NCBI GenBank assembly: GCA_937951955.1
Contig: CALGAD010000161.1
Coordinates: 2,764 to 66,763, forward strand
Direction: 5' to 3'
Length of the DNA: 64,000 bases
Source: an uncultured Bacillaceae bacterium
GTDB lineage: Bacteria > Bacillota > Bacilli > Bacillales > Caldibacillaceae
Position 1 is the first letter of the stretch. Every line of letters starts with the position of its first letter. Of this stretch, positions 10,313 to 21,357 are shown piece by piece. Made by a program: the position numbers and the translations under genes. The notes under the pieces were generated by a model that saw only the letters and a program-made list of their open reading frames with translations, did not search any database and was not told where the DNA came from.

Positions 10313-10320
10313 ACGTTTGG

Positions 10321-10347
10321 GCCGATGCGAACGAGCATCGGTTTTTA
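10321..10347 (+). terminator. ytfJ terminator
   Basis: GCCGATGC / GCATCGGT stem followed by TTTTT. Confidence 0.75.
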
Positions 10348-10439
10348 TTAGGGATTGAAAGGGACAGGTCCTTTTAATTGTCTTTTTCAATACATTTGAT
10401 ATGATAAAATCACAATAAATCGTTCAGGAGGTTATGGAA

Positions 10440-10940
10440 ATGGCTGAGGTACTGTTTGGAGGCAAACCGGTAACACTTTTAGGAAATGAGGTTAATGTCG
10501 GGGATGAGGCGCCGGAATTTACGGTTGTTGATCACGAATTAAATGAGGTTCATTCGAGTAAATGGAACAATACGGTGCGGTTAATTGCCTCTGTTCCCTC
10601 CATTGATACGGGCGTGTGTGACGCTGAAACCCGTCGTTTTAACGAAGAAGCAGCTAACCTCCCTGGTGTGAACGTCATTACGATAAGTGCCGATTTACCC
10701 TTTGCCCAAGGACGTTGGTGTGCAGCAAGAGGGATTGAAAACCTGGAAGTATTATCCGATTACCGGCATCTATCTTTTGGTGAAGCTTTTGGCGTACATA
10801 TGAAGGACGTACGGCTTTTAGCGAGAGCGGTTTTTGTTATCGATTCTTCTAACAAAATCACGTATAAAGAAATCGTTCCGAATGTTCATGAACACCCGAA
10901 TTATGAGAAGGCCATTGCTGCGGCAAAAGAGGCAAAATAA
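10440..10940 (+). CDS. tpx: Thiol peroxidase Tpx
   Basis: Peroxidatic Cys context SIDTGVCDAE. ATG 10440 is 8 nt after AGGAGG; ATG 10434 is only 2 nt after it. Confidence 0.94.
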   Translation: MAEVLFGGKPVTLLGNEVNVGDEAPEFTVVDHELNEVHSSKWNNTVRLIASVPSIDTGVCDAETRRFNEEAANLPGVNVITISADLPFAQGRWCAARGIENLEVLSDYRHLSFGEAFGVHMKDVRLLARAVFVIDSSNKITYKEIVPNVHEHPNYEKAIAAAKEAK

Positions 10941-10976
10941 GCGAACGATTTTAATGAATATATCATGTTCTGCTGG

Positions 10977-11014
10977 GAAATGGTGTACCTTTGTCGTACG
11001 CCATTTTCTTTTTG
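10977..11014 (+). terminator. tpx terminator
   Basis: AAATGGTGTAC / GTACGCCATTT stem followed by a T-rich run. Confidence 0.7.
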
Positions 11015-11101
11015 AGGATTTTTTGTTTGTGAATTTATGATAATACGTATAGAATGGAATATTAGTGAGTATTACTGAATGTTTTTTAGGGAGGTTCCTC
11101 A

Positions 11102-12091
11102 ATGGCCGAGACGCCGGTTGAAAAATTATTTGAGACGTTAGATGAAACAAGCAGTTTATTAGAAAAAGAGATGGATATCACTTATTTAGAAGCATTGGTC
11201 GAAACAGGCGAAAATATTTATCAAGATCAAATTTTGCAAGAAAATATTAGTGAAGTAACGAAAAAACGACTGACCAAAAAATATGATGAAATCAATCGCC
11301 TTTCCTATACGAGCGAAGATATCCGGAAGGCATTTCAGCTGGCATGCTTAAAGGGCATGCGGGATAATACACAACCGAATCATCAATTAACCCCTGATTC
11401 CATCGGGATTTTTGTCGCTTATTTAATCCGCAAATTTGTTCCGACAGCCACACGCTTTTCTATCTTAGATCCTGCTGTTGGCACGGGCAATTTTTTAACG
11501 ACTGTATTAAATCAATTGAACTGGCCAGAAATTCACGCATATGGTGTTGAAATTGACGATTTGCTTATCCGCCTAGCCTATGTCAATGCCAATTTACAAA
11601 ACCACCCCTTAGAATTGTTCAAGCAGGATAGTTTACGACCGTTATTTATTGATCCTGTCGATTGCATTATTTGTGATTTACCCGTTGGCTATTATCCAGG
11701 GGATGCGAGTGATTATACGTTAAAGGCGGATGAGGGTCATTCGTATGCCCATCATTTATTTATCGAACAGAGCACCCGTTATACGAAAGATGGTGGCTAT
11801 TTAATCTTTCTCGTTCCCAATATAATATTCACAAGTCCGGGAGCAGAAAAATTGCGGGAATATATTAAACAACATCATCATATCCAGGCTTTCATCCAGC
11901 TACCCGAGACACTGTTTAAAAATAAAAATGCCGCCAAAAGCATTTTCGTTTTGCAAAAGCAGGGCGAAGGCATTCAGCCACCGAAAGAAGTCTTGATGGC
12001 TGTATTACCCTCGCTATCTGACCAACAGAAAATGGAGTCGGTGCTTATCCGTATGGATCAATGGTTTAGCGAGAACAAATATTCAAAATAG
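11102..12091 (+). CDS. Class I SAM-dependent methyltransferase (YtxK-like, N6-adenine MTase fold)
   Basis: SAM motif LDPAVGTGNFL and a motif IV-like DLPVGYYP. Lies between tpx and ackA, as ytxK does. Confidence 0.85.
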   Translation: MAETPVEKLFETLDETSSLLEKEMDITYLEALVETGENIYQDQILQENISEVTKKRLTKKYDEINRLSYTSEDIRKAFQLACLKGMRDNTQPNHQLTPDSIGIFVAYLIRKFVPTATRFSILDPAVGTGNFLTTVLNQLNWPEIHAYGVEIDDLLIRLAYVNANLQNHPLELFKQDSLRPLFIDPVDCIICDLPVGYYPGDASDYTLKADEGHSYAHHLFIEQSTRYTKDGGYLIFLVPNIIFTSPGAEKLREYIKQHHHIQAFIQLPETLFKNKNAAKSIFVLQKQGEGIQPPKEVLMAVLPSLSDQQKMESVLIRMDQWFSENKYSK

Positions 12092-12124
12092 TGACCGCTC
12101 GTGTGGCCCCGGTCACTTTCTTGT
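12091..12124 (+). terminator. Methyltransferase gene terminator
   Basis: GTGACCG (12091-12097) pairs with CGGTCAC (12110-12116), then TTTCTT. Confidence 0.6.
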
Positions 12125-12326
12125 TAATGTGTTTACAAAAATTTTCGCGAATTGTTCACGAAGAATACCCGAAGACCTGCGTTCGACGTATTGAAAAATA
12201 ACGGAAATAATGATTAAATTAATTATCGGGGATATTTGTTCATGCATTCACAGATGAAATGTAACATATATATTTTATCTGGCGTTCATAATACACATAA
12301 GAAATAGAAATTAAGGAGAGAAACGA

Positions 12327-13517
12327 ATGACAAAAATTTTAGCCATTAATGCAGGTAGTTCATCATTAAAATTCCAATTAATTACTATGCCGGAAGAAGA
12401 AGTCATTACAAAGGGAGTAGTGGAACGAATTGGCTTGAATGATTCAATTTTTTCCATCACCTTCAATAACGAAAAGAAAAAATTCGTTCAAGACATCCCT
12501 GACCATGCCAAAGCGGTTAAAATTCTTCTTGAGCAAATGTTAAGTTTACATATTATCGAATCGTTTGATGAAATTGATGGTGTAGGTCACCGCGTCGTTC
12601 ACGGTGGTGAACAATTTAGTGATTCAACGCTAATCACGGATGAAGTATTAAAACAAATTGAAGATCTCTCAGATTTAGCACCGTTGCACAACCCGGCGAA
12701 TATTACAGGAATTAAAGCTTTCCAGAAAATTTTGCCGAATGTACCGCATGTTGCTGTTTTTGATACGGCATTCCACCAAACAATGCCCGAACGTTCCTAT
12801 CTTTATAGTTTGCCTTACGAGTATTATAAAAAATATAAAATTCGCAAATACGGCTTCCACGGTACTTCCCATAAATATGTAACAGAGCGGGCTGCGGAAT
12901 TATTAGAGCGTCCATTAAAATCATTGCGCTTGATCTCCTGCCATTTAGGAAATGGAGCCAGTATTGCAGCTGTAGTTGGCGGAAAATCCATCGATACTTC
13001 CATGGGCTTTACACCGTTAGCCGGTGTGACGATGGGAACCCGTTCCGGTAACATCGATCCGGCGTTAATTCCTTATATTATGGAGAAAACAGGAAAATCA
13101 GCTGAAGAAGTTGTGAACGTATTGAATAAAAAGAGTGGTTTGCTCGGTATCTCCGGACTTTCCAGTGACTTACGGGATTTAACAGAAGCCGCTGAAGAAG
13201 GGAATACGCGGGCAGAATTAGCCTTAGACGTATTCGTTGATCGGATACATAAATATATCGGTTCATATGCGGCAAAAATGAACGGTCTTGATGCCATTAT
13301 CTTTACGGCGGGAATCGGTGAAAACAGTGCACCGATTCGTGAAAGAATTCTCCGCGGCTTAGAGTTCATGGGCGTTTATTGGGACAGTGAAGCAAACAAA
13401 ACGGTTGAAGGCGAAGCATTTATCAGCTATCCTTTCTCCCCTGTAAAAGTGTTAGTCATCCCGACAAACGAAGAAGTGATGATTGCCCGCGACGTCGTTC
13501 GCCTGGCCAATTTATAA
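12327..13517 (+). CDS. ackA: Acetate kinase
   Basis: [11 protein letters not shown]-terminus and HLGNGASI. Full-length 396 aa with an AAGGAGAG RBS. Confidence 0.96.
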   Translation: MTKILAINAGSSSLKFQLITMPEEEVITKGVVERIGLNDSIFSITFNNEKKKFVQDIPDHAKAVKILLEQMLSLHIIESFDEIDGVGHRVVHGGEQFSDSTLITDEVLKQIEDLSDLAPLHNPANITGIKAFQKILPNVPHVAVFDTAFHQTMPERSYLYSLPYEYYKKYKIRKYGFHGTSHKYVTERAAELLERPLKSLRLISCHLGNGASIAAVVGGKSIDTSMGFTPLAGVTMGTRSGNIDPALIPYIMEKTGKSAEEVVNVLNKKSGLLGISGLSSDLRDLTEAAEEGNTRAELALDVFVDRIHKYIGSYAAKMNGLDAIIFTAGIGENSAPIRERILRGLEFMGVYWDSEANKTVEGEAFISYPFSPVKVLVIPTNEEVMIARDVVRLANL

Positions 13518-13530
13518 GGATAAATTCATC

Positions 13531-13570
13531 GGCAACATCTCTTATTATTCGAGAGATGTTGCTATTTTTT
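13531..13570 (+). terminator. ackA terminator
   Basis: GCAACATCTC / GAGATGTTGC stem followed by TATTTTTT. Confidence 0.8.
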
Positions 13571-13648
13571 TACAAATTTTTTTATGCTATAATGAATTAC
13601 ATCTTTACCGGGACGGGATTTTTTGATCGTTAAGGGGGAGTTTGCTTA

Positions 13649-14491
13649 ATGACACTTTCTGAATTTGAAGCGGAACGAATGCAGCAAATTCACCAGTGGC
13701 TGAATGAGCTGGAAAGTCGTCAAGAAGCGCCAGGAGATTTATTGCAACGTTATGATCTCTTTCTCGATGAACTTTTCGCTTTACTGCCCGATGAGATGCA
13801 AAAGAGGATTTTAGAAAATCTTGATCAATGTTTCATTTATGTACAGGTAGCCTTGCATCAAGTGGAACATGTTCATGATAAAGTCGAAAAAATGATCGCA
13901 AACGTCAAGGTGATGAATTCGGAGATCGATGATTTGTCAGGTATGAAATCATTGCCGCTGGAAAAACTGCAATTGCTGGCAGAGCGGGAAATCAACATGC
14001 ATCAGCTTTATTCTCTCGTGCAGGGGGGACTGGCAGGTTCCGGTAATCCCCTTCTTCTCGGTATCGATTTACCGGCTGTTATTCTCATCAATTTAAAAGC
14101 GATCCAGTCCATTGCCTTATCGTATGGCTACCCGATCCACCATCCCGTGGAAGCGATCCTCGCCTTAAAAGTCTTCCATAGTGCAACATTGCCAAAACGA
14201 TTTCAAAGGAAAGCCTGGGACAGACTGTTCCAGGAATTAAGGGATCAGGATGGATATTTTTATGAGGGGAATAACCGGATTAGCGATGTTCCGTGGTTCA
14301 ATACCCTTTTATTACAATTGATGAAAGCAGTGGCGATTCATTTGTTCCGCAATAAAGAGACGAAAAAAGGCTCGTTTTTTAGTGTGGCCATCGGAGCGGG
14401 CAGTAATTATGTGTTAACGAAGCAAGTGACCGATTGGGCGCACCGCTTTTACCAGTATCGCTTTTTACTGGATAAAAATGATTACGAATGA
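13649..14491 (+). CDS. EcsC-family protein
   Basis: GGLAGSGNPLLLGIDLPAVILINLKAIQSIALSYGY matches the EcsC-family core as I remember it. AAGGGGGA RBS. Confidence 0.7.
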   Translation: MTLSEFEAERMQQIHQWLNELESRQEAPGDLLQRYDLFLDELFALLPDEMQKRILENLDQCFIYVQVALHQVEHVHDKVEKMIANVKVMNSEIDDLSGMKSLPLEKLQLLAEREINMHQLYSLVQGGLAGSGNPLLLGIDLPAVILINLKAIQSIALSYGYPIHHPVEAILALKVFHSATLPKRFQRKAWDRLFQELRDQDGYFYEGNNRISDVPWFNTLLLQLMKAVAIHLFRNKETKKGSFFSVAIGAGSNYVLTKQVTDWAHRFYQYRFLLDKNDYE

Positions 14492-14517
14492 ATAATCGGT
14501 GCCGTATCAACGTGCGA

Positions 14518-14552
14518 GAACCCGGTCTTCAAAGACGGGTTTTTCCTTTTTT
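14518..14552 (+). terminator. EcsC-like gene terminator
   Basis: ACCCGGTC / GACGGGT stem followed by TTTTTCCTTTTTT. Confidence 0.7.
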
Positions 14553-14697
14553 AAAAGGATATTCTCAAGCTTCATGGATATTGTTATTCACAATTGGAAA
14601 AGGAGAAAATGTTATTTTGTTGATATAAAGGAAATAGTGTGCACACATAAACAAGTAAAGTAGTGGCTTAAGATCAAAATTTTAGGAGGAACGGCTG

Positions 14698-15810
14698 ATG
14701 AAAATAGGTGTACCGAAGGAAATCAAAGCCAATGAAAACCGGGTTGCCATTAGCCCATCCGGTGTTTATTATTTAAAGAAATTGAACCATGATGTTTTTA
14801 TTGAGCAAGGAGCGGGAATCGGATCGGGATTTACCGATGAGGAGTATCAAGCAGCTGGCGCAACGATCGTCCCGACAGCGGCTGATGTTTGGGAAGCGGA
14901 TATGGTGATGAAAGTTAAGGAACCTTTGCCTGATGAATATCAATATTTGCGGGAAGGTTTAATCTTGTTTACTTATCTACATCTGGCGAATGAACCGCAG
15001 CTCGCCCGGGAATTGTTAAATAAGAAAGTGACAGCCATCGCCTACGAGACGGTCCAACTTTCCAACGGTTCCTTACCTTTGCTGACACCGATGAGTGAAG
15101 TGGCCGGGAAAATGGCCGTACAAATCGGTGCCCAATATTTAGAAAAAGTTCACGGCGGGAAGGGGATTCTCCTTTCAGGCGTCCCGGGAGTCAAAAGAGG
15201 GCATGTAGTCATTATCGGCGGCGGTGTCGCCGGCACGAACGCCGCGAAAGTCGCTAGAGGGATTGGTGCGAATGTGACGATCCTGGAAGTTAATGCCGAG
15301 CGATTAAGACAGTTAGATGATTTATTCCAGTATGAAGTGAACACATTAATGTCCAATCCATACAACATTGCCCAGGCTGTAAAAGACGCGGATTTAGTCA
15401 TCGGTACGGTATTGATTCCCGGTAAAAAAGCGCCGAAATTAGTCACCGAAGAAATGGTTCGTTCGATGAAGCCCGGGTCGGTTATTATTGACATTGCCAT
15501 TGATCAAGGGGGAATCTTTGAAACGAGTGATCGGGTGATGACTCTGGACAATCCTACTTTTATCAAGCACGGTGTTCTTCATTATGCTGTCCCGAATATG
15601 CCCGGTGCTGTCCCGCAGACAAGTACACTGGCATTAACGAACGCCACAATGCCTTACGCATTAGATATCGCCAATCACGGTCTAGAAGACGCTTTACGAC
15701 ATAATGAAGCTTTAGCCAGGGGAGTGAATACGTATCAAGGCTTGATCACCCATAAAGGTGTTGCGGAATCGCTAGGTTTTGAATATTCCGATTTAACCAC
15801 ACTTCTTTGA
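14698..15810 (+). CDS. ald: Alanine dehydrogenase
   Basis: [11 protein letters not shown]-terminus and NAD-binding site [10 protein letters not shown]. 370 aa. Confidence 0.95.
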   Translation: MKIGVPKEIKANENRVAISPSGVYYLKKLNHDVFIEQGAGIGSGFTDEEYQAAGATIVPTAADVWEADMVMKVKEPLPDEYQYLREGLILFTYLHLANEPQLARELLNKKVTAIAYETVQLSNGSLPLLTPMSEVAGKMAVQIGAQYLEKVHGGKGILLSGVPGVKRGHVVIIGGGVAGTNAAKVARGIGANVTILEVNAERLRQLDDLFQYEVNTLMSNPYNIAQAVKDADLVIGTVLIPGKKAPKLVTEEMVRSMKPGSVIIDIAIDQGGIFETSDRVMTLDNPTFIKHGVLHYAVPNMPGAVPQTSTLALTNATMPYALDIANHGLEDALRHNEALARGVNTYQGLITHKGVAESLGFEYSDLTTLL

Positions 15811-15916
15811 AACACTCTTCGTCTCATTTTTAAACGCTTCGATAATCTTTGAACGAAATTGGAAGAGTATTTGCAGAGGTAAATAAGAAATCATTTTCCT
15901 ACACCCTATTGCTAAA

Positions 15917-15973
15917 AGAAAAAACAGACCGGTTTCCGAAAAGATTTTCATCTCTGGAACCGGTCTGTTTTTC
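15917..15973. terminator. Bidirectional terminator between ald and the dipeptidase gene
   Basis: AACAGACCGGTTTCC / GGAACCGGTCTGTT stem, flanked by an A-run on the left and a T-run on the right. Confidence 0.75.
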
Positions 15974-16080
15974 TATGGAGACTTTGAAAAAAGATTTGCT
16001 TTTATTAAGTTGTTTTTCATGAAGTTGTTGAACATTTAGTATAGGAATATCGCTAATTTATTTTCACAGATTGGATGTGA

Positions 16081-17184
16081 TTATCTTTTTGGAAGAAGCT
16101 GGAGTTCTTTCGGGTACTTGGTTAAAGTTTCTGCGCCATTTTTCGTAATGACGACATCATCTTCAATCCGGATACCGACCTTTCCGGGAATATAAATACC
16201 GGGTTCAATCGTATAAACCATGCCTTCCTGGAGAACAAGCTTGTTAGTAGAATTGATGGAAGGGTATTCGTGGATATTTATTCCGAGACCATGGCCGAGG
16301 CGATGGGTGAAATATTCACTATAGCCTGCTTCTTCAATAATATTTCTTGCCGTTAAATCAATTTCTCCACATGTTATACCCGGTTTACTTGACCGTACAG
16401 CCGCTTCCTGGGCTTTTAAGACGATGTTGTAAATTTCTACATGTTCCTCGGGAACATCACCAAAACCGATCGTACGTGTAATATCCGAGCAATATCCTTC
16501 ATAAACGACTCCGAGATCAAACAAAACAAAATCGCCATTTTTCACTTTGTTCATCCCGGGGGTACCGTGGGGACTCGCTGCATGGGGACCGGTTAATATC
16601 GTCGTCTGGAAAGACATTTTTTCGACGCCTTTTTTCTTCAATTCGTATTCTACGATGGCCACGAGCTCTAATTCGGTAATGCCTTCTTTGATCGCGGCGC
16701 TGCCAACCTCTATGGCATAATCTGCCAATTCACATGCTTTCTTTAGCTTTTCAATTTCCGATCGATCTTTGATGAGCCGTAGCTCGTTTACTTTTTCTTC
16801 ACTAGCAATGAATTGTGCGCCTGGAAATGCTTTTTGCAAGATTTCAAACCGTTCCACGTTCATATGTTGTTTTTCAATGGCAATACGCTCGATTTTTGCC
16901 GTTCTTTTCAAAACTTCCCGTTTTATCATTTCCCATGGATTTTCAATGTCACTGTATCCATAAATGGCATAAGGAAAGCCTGTTTCTTTTGCCGTTGCAA
17001 CTTCCATTTGCGGACAAAATAAAAACGGTTCTTCATGAGGAAATAACACGATCGCTAATACCCGTTCGTGAGGATCACTCATAAATCCGCTAAAATAAAA
17101 TACCGTCTCGCTCGATGTAAGAATCGCAGCATCGATGCTTTCATTTCTTAACCAATTTGTTAGTTTCTCCAATCGTTTCTGCAT
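16081..17184 (-). CDS. Xaa-Pro dipeptidase (M24B family)
   Basis: Metal-ligand contexts DLGVVYEGYCSD, HRLGHGLGINIHE and EPGIY. ATG 17184 lies 5 nt after GAGGTGA; the ORF-track GTG 17193 sits inside that RBS. Confidence 0.9.
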   Translation of the reverse strand: MQKRLEKLTNWLRNESIDAAILTSSETVFYFSGFMSDPHERVLAIVLFPHEEPFLFCPQMEVATAKETGFPYAIYGYSDIENPWEMIKREVLKRTAKIERIAIEKQHMNVERFEILQKAFPGAQFIASEEKVNELRLIKDRSEIEKLKKACELADYAIEVGSAAIKEGITELELVAIVEYELKKKGVEKMSFQTTILTGPHAASPHGTPGMNKVKNGDFVLFDLGVVYEGYCSDITRTIGFGDVPEEHVEIYNIVLKAQEAAVRSSKPGITCGEIDLTARNIIEEAGYSEYFTHRLGHGLGINIHEYPSINSTNKLVLQEGMVYTIEPGIYIPGKVGIRIEDDVVITKNGAETLTKYPKELQLLPKR

Positions 17185-17394
17185 CTTTTTCACCTCGAAA
17201 ATCGCTCATGTTTTACCAGTTTATCTAAAAAAATAGAACGAATTGAAAAAGCAATGATGTACAGTATTTCGAAACTTCTTATTTCAAAAGCCTATCATTT
17301 TTACGGTAAAATGTAAATAGATGACAAAAGGCAGGATTTTTAACGAAAAAAGCGAAATCCATAAATGAACAAATAAGAGAAAGGAGATGCAAAA

Positions 17395-18075
17395 ATGAAA
17401 ATTTCCTACCACGGTCATTCAACCGTAAAAATCGTGACAGATGGCAAGGAAATTCTCATCGATCCGTTTATTACGGGTAATGAATTATCCGATTTATCGG
17501 TAGAAAACGAAAGACCCGATTACATTCTCTTAACCCACGGTCATTCCGACCATCTCGGCGATACCGTTGCGCTTGCCAAAAAGAAAGATGCCCTCGTGAT
17601 TGGCATGGTGGAGCTTGCCAATTATTTAAGCTTTAAAGGTGTGAAGACCCACGGGTTAAATATCGGCGGTTCTTATGAATTTCCTTTTGGGAAAGTGAAA
17701 TTGACAAAGGCATTTCACAGTACCGGGTTTGTGGAAGAGGATAACCAAATTGTTTATTTAGGCATGCCGACAGGATTGCTTCTATTTATTGAAGGAAAAA
17801 CGATTTATCATGCAGGCGATACCGGTTTATTCTACGATATGAAATTAATCGGTGAGCGTCATCCGATTGATCTAGCTTTCTTGCCGATCGGTGATAACTT
17901 TACGATGGGACCGGAAGATGCTGCCTATGCCGCGAAATTATTAAATGCCAAAACAGTTGTCCCGATTCATTACAATACTTTCCCGATTATTCAACAAGAT
18001 CCGGAAAAATTCGTCTCCCTCCTGGATGATGGGGTTGGCAAAGTGATGAAACCAGGAGATTCGCTAGAATTATAA
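17395..18075 (+). CDS. UPF0173 metal-dependent hydrolase (metallo-beta-lactamase fold, YtkL-like)
   Basis: [11 protein letters not shown] motif. 226 aa with an AAAGGAG RBS. Confidence 0.88.
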   Translation: MKISYHGHSTVKIVTDGKEILIDPFITGNELSDLSVENERPDYILLTHGHSDHLGDTVALAKKKDALVIGMVELANYLSFKGVKTHGLNIGGSYEFPFGKVKLTKAFHSTGFVEEDNQIVYLGMPTGLLLFIEGKTIYHAGDTGLFYDMKLIGERHPIDLAFLPIGDNFTMGPEDAAYAAKLLNAKTVVPIHYNTFPIIQQDPEKFVSLLDDGVGKVMKPGDSLEL

Positions 18076-18083
18076 TCGACATT

Positions 18084-18131
18084 AAAAATCCCCCTGTTAC
18101 AGGTCCTGCCTGTAACAGGGGGTTCATTTTT
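18084..18131 (+). terminator. Hydrolase gene terminator
   Basis: CCCCCTGTTACAGG / CCTGTAACAGGGGG 14-bp stem followed by TTCATTTTT. Confidence 0.75.
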
Positions 18132-18182
18132 ATCATGTATCCGCTTTTCTCCTCATATAATAGAACAAGCATTTTTGTAGAA

Positions 18183-18440
18183 ATGAGGGATTGTATGAGG
18201 AATCGGTGTATTTTGTCATTGCTTGCATGCGGTGTGCTGTTATATTATGCTTTGCCGCGGTTACAATTACACGGAAGCGGATTAGAATTTTATTTTTCTT
18301 GGGTCTGGCTTCTATTTTTACTATTCGCCATTGCCGGAAATATGGCCGTCATCCTTTTTCCCTGGCATTATTCTCGACCGAGACAAAGAGGGCAGAGGAA
18401 AAAAATGCCACAAGAAAGAGCCAGAACTTACCAGAATTAA
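18183..18440 (+). CDS. Small hypothetical membrane protein (two predicted TM segments, basic tail)
   Basis: The hydrophobic ILSLLACGVLLYYAL and FSWVWLLFLLFAIAGNMAVILF segments favour this frame. The ORF-track start 18135 lies inside the upstream terminator. Start is uncertain (18183 or 18195). Confidence 0.4.
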   Translation: MRDCMRNRCILSLLACGVLLYYALPRLQLHGSGLEFYFSWVWLLFLLFAIAGNMAVILFPWHYSRPRQRGQRKKMPQERARTYQN

Positions 18441-18491
18441 GCGAAAACTGATATAATACACATAAAACTATTCGTTTGAAAGGTGAAGGCA

Positions 18492-19808
18492 TTGGCAACA
18501 AAACACGAATTAATTCTCAATTATATAAAAGAACAACCAGTTGGAACAAAATTATCGGTACGACAAATCGCAAAAGATTTAGAGGTCAGTGAAGGGACAG
18601 CATACCGAGCGATTAAGGATGCGGAAAACAAGGGATTTGTCAGCACGATTGAACGGGTGGGAACGATCCGCATTGAACAAAAGCGAAAGGAAAAACTGGA
18701 GCGCCTCACCTTTGCGGAAGTGGTCAATATCGTTGATGGACAGGTTCTGGGGGGCAGAAACGGCCTGCATAAAACGCTCAATAAATTTGTCATCGGAGCG
18801 ATGGAAGTAGATGCGATGATGCGCTATATTGAACCGGGTAACTTATTGATTATCGGTAACCGGGTGAATGCCCAAAAATCCGCATTACAAAGCGGTGCAG
18901 CCATCTTAATTACCGGTGGTTTTGATACCGATGATGAGGTCAAAAAATTGGCCGATGAACTGGAACTACCGATTATTTCGACCAGTTACGATACATTTAC
19001 GGTTGCGACGATCATCAACCGGGCCATTTTTGACCAGTTAATCAAGAAAGAAATTCTGTTAGTCGAAGATATATTAATACCGAAAGAAAAAACGTATTAT
19101 TTAACGACAAACGATGTTGTGGATAAATGGTACAAGATGAATGAGAAAACGAATCACAGTCGTTTTCCGGTGGTTGGTGAGAATTTCAAACTGGAAGGGA
19201 TTGTTACATCGAAGGAAGTCATCAACCAGGAGCGCCATCGACCGATCGAACGGGTGATGACAAAGCATCCGATTACGGTTTCGAAGACGACGAGCGTGGC
19301 GAACGCCTCGCATATAATGATCTGGAAAGGAATCGAACTTCTGCCGGTTGTTGATGATCAAAATCGCTTGCTCGGGATTATCTCCCGTCAAGATGTGTTA
19401 AAAGCACTGCAAATGCATCAACGACAGCCCCATGTCGGTGAGACGATTGACAATATCATATTTAACAATTTGCAAGAATTACCGGATGAAAAAGAAATTA
19501 ATAAAGGGTATCTGTTTGAAATTACGCCGCAAATGACGAACTTCCAGGGAACCCTTTCTTACGGGGTTCTGACATCAATTATCATTGAATCTGTCAGTCG
19601 CTTCACCCGTTCGGTACAAAAGGCGGATATTGTCGTTGAAAGCTTAACGATTTATTATTTGAAACCGATGCAAATTGATAATAAAATTCAAATTTTCCCG
19701 CGCATCCTGGAACTGGGAAGAAAATATGGAAAAGTGGACATCGATGTTTACACCAACGATACGATTGTTGGCAAAGCGATGTTAATGTTCCAGTTTATTG
19801 ATTTATAA
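18492..19808 (+). CDS. YtoI-like protein (HTH, DRTGG, CBS pair and thioesterase-like domains)
   Basis: Near-colinear with remembered B. subtilis YtoI (MATKHE..., VSEGTAYRAIK, CBS pair). TTG 18492 reproduces the MATKHE N-terminus. Confidence 0.85.
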   Translation: MATKHELILNYIKEQPVGTKLSVRQIAKDLEVSEGTAYRAIKDAENKGFVSTIERVGTIRIEQKRKEKLERLTFAEVVNIVDGQVLGGRNGLHKTLNKFVIGAMEVDAMMRYIEPGNLLIIGNRVNAQKSALQSGAAILITGGFDTDDEVKKLADELELPIISTSYDTFTVATIINRAIFDQLIKKEILLVEDILIPKEKTYYLTTNDVVDKWYKMNEKTNHSRFPVVGENFKLEGIVTSKEVINQERHRPIERVMTKHPITVSKTTSVANASHIMIWKGIELLPVVDDQNRLLGIISRQDVLKALQMHQRQPHVGETIDNIIFNNLQELPDEKEINKGYLFEITPQMTNFQGTLSYGVLTSIIIESVSRFTRSVQKADIVVESLTIYYLKPMQIDNKIQIFPRILELGRKYGKVDIDVYTNDTIVGKAMLMFQFIDL

Positions 19809-19810
19809 TA

Positions 19811-19855
19811 AAAGTCCCGTACTTTCATTGATAGAAAGTAACGGGACCCCCTTTA
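19811..19855. terminator. Bidirectional terminator between ytoI-like and ytpI-like genes
   Basis: GTCCCGTACTTTC / GAAAGTAACGGGAC stem with one bulge. Confidence 0.65.
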
Positions 19856-19882
19856 AAGAAGATTTTCTAAAAGTTTTCCGGA

Positions 19883-20191
19883 TTATTTTCGAGACAGTTG
19901 CTGTTCGTATTCCTGTTCGACATAAGGTAAATAGTAGCGATAAGCTTTGATTCCGGTCCAAATACTGATTGACCCGATCACGAGGAAAAGGATACTGATA
20001 ATTACAGATATCGTCTCCTGGGAAATATAGAGGCGATTTAATCCGAATAAAGCGACAAAAGCCCCGAGGGCAATCGATGCTTTCGTTGATAGCCATTTTC
20101 TTTCCAATTCTTTCTTCGTACGGAAGTATTTAATTTTGTAATATACGTAAAATGACAGGGATGTTATGATAAAAATGACAAGAACCGGCAT
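19883..20191 (-). CDS. YtpI-like small membrane protein
   Basis: 102 aa with three hydrophobic segments and a GGAGAGGA RBS. Syntenic position next to nrnA. Confidence 0.75.
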   Translation of the reverse strand: MPVLVIFIITSLSFYVYYKIKYFRTKKELERKWLSTKASIALGAFVALFGLNRLYISQETISVIISILFLVIGSISIWTGIKAYRYYLPYVEQEYEQQLSRK

Positions 20192-20345
20192 GGGAACATC
20201 CTCTCCTACTATTTCCGTCTTGGATACTGTAAAAGATTGATAACGCGAATTGAATGAATCATTTTAACCATCGTAATTATTTTAACAATTTTAAAAATGA
20301 AAAGCTAATCATTTAGCTAACATCCATAATGAAAGGACGTCTAAG

Positions 20346-21296
20346 ATGAAGCAGCAAATCTTGCAGAAAATTAAACAATATGACACGATCATTATCCATC
20401 GCCATGTCCGTCCCGACCCGGATGCATACGGTTCACAAGGAGGGCTGGCGGAAATCATCAAAACAACTTATCCTGACAAAAATGTTTATTTAGCCGGTGA
20501 TGATGAACCAACGTTAGCTTACTTAAATCAAATGGATGATATTAGCGATGCCGTTTATGAAGGGGCATTAGTCATCGTTTGCGATACGGCCAATCAAGAG
20601 CGAATTAGTGATCAGCGCTATCACCTGGGCGATTTTTTAATTAAAATCGACCATCATCCGAATGAAGATACATACGGAGATTTACAATGGGTGGATACGA
20701 CGGCAAGTTCCACGAGTGAAATGATTTATGAATTGTACTTAGCCGGTAAAGAGGAAGGGTTTCAACTCTCAACAGAAGGTGCCCGTCTGCTATTTGCCGG
20801 CATTGTCGGGGATACAGGACGTTTTTTATATCAAAGTACAACGGAAAAAACGTTTCAGTATGCCAGTGAATTAATTCAGTACCCGTTTTCCCGGACAGAG
20901 TTATTTGAAAAAATGTATGAAGTAAGTGAAAATGTCGCCAAGCTGCAAGGCTATATTTTACAAAACTTCGAAATGGATGAACTCGGTGTCGGGAAAGTGA
21001 TCCTCACGAAAGAGCGGTTAGAAGAGTATCAATTACGGCCCCAAGAAGCTTCCACCCTCGTAAGTTCCATCGGGAATTTGAAGGGGCTAAGGGCATGGGC
21101 CTTTTTCGTTGAGGAAGAGGATCAAATCCGTGTTCGTTTACGCTCAAAAGGTCCTGTCATCAACGGTGTTGCGAAAAAATATAATGGCGGCGGTCATCCA
21201 CTGGCCAGTGGCGCCTCCATTTATTCATGGGATCATGTGAACCACGTCATGGCCGACTTACAAAAGGTAACGGAAGATTATCTCAAAAATCAATAA
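20346..21296 (+). CDS. nrnA: Bifunctional oligoribonuclease / pAp phosphatase NrnA (DHH family)
   Basis: HRHVRPDPDAYGS, DHH in KIDHHPN, and GGGH in the DHHA1 part. Confidence 0.92.
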   Translation: MKQQILQKIKQYDTIIIHRHVRPDPDAYGSQGGLAEIIKTTYPDKNVYLAGDDEPTLAYLNQMDDISDAVYEGALVIVCDTANQERISDQRYHLGDFLIKIDHHPNEDTYGDLQWVDTTASSTSEMIYELYLAGKEEGFQLSTEGARLLFAGIVGDTGRFLYQSTTEKTFQYASELIQYPFSRTELFEKMYEVSENVAKLQGYILQNFEMDELGVGKVILTKERLEEYQLRPQEASTLVSSIGNLKGLRAWAFFVEEEDQIRVRLRSKGPVINGVAKKYNGGGHPLASGASIYSWDHVNHVMADLQKVTEDYLKNQ

Positions 21297-21305
21297 ATAT
21301 GAATT

Positions 21306-21356
21306 TAAAAAATGTCAAGAAAATAAACAACGAGATTTTCTTGACATTTTTCTGTT
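21306..21356. terminator. Bidirectional terminator between nrnA and ytrI
   Basis: AATGTCAAGAAAAT / ATTTTCTTGACATT 14-bp stem flanked by A- and T-runs. Confidence 0.8.
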
Positions 21357-21357
21357 T

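Noticed and set aside
12092-12326. Looked for a CcpA cre site upstream of ackA, as known in B. subtilis.
   Set aside because: No 14-mer came close to TGWAANCGNTNWCA. The best candidates lack the central CG and the AA core.
18191-18451. 86-aa alternative frame overlapping the small membrane-protein ORF.
   Set aside because: The other frame has clearer TM-helix character. This frame is Arg/Cys-rich and lacks an RBS.
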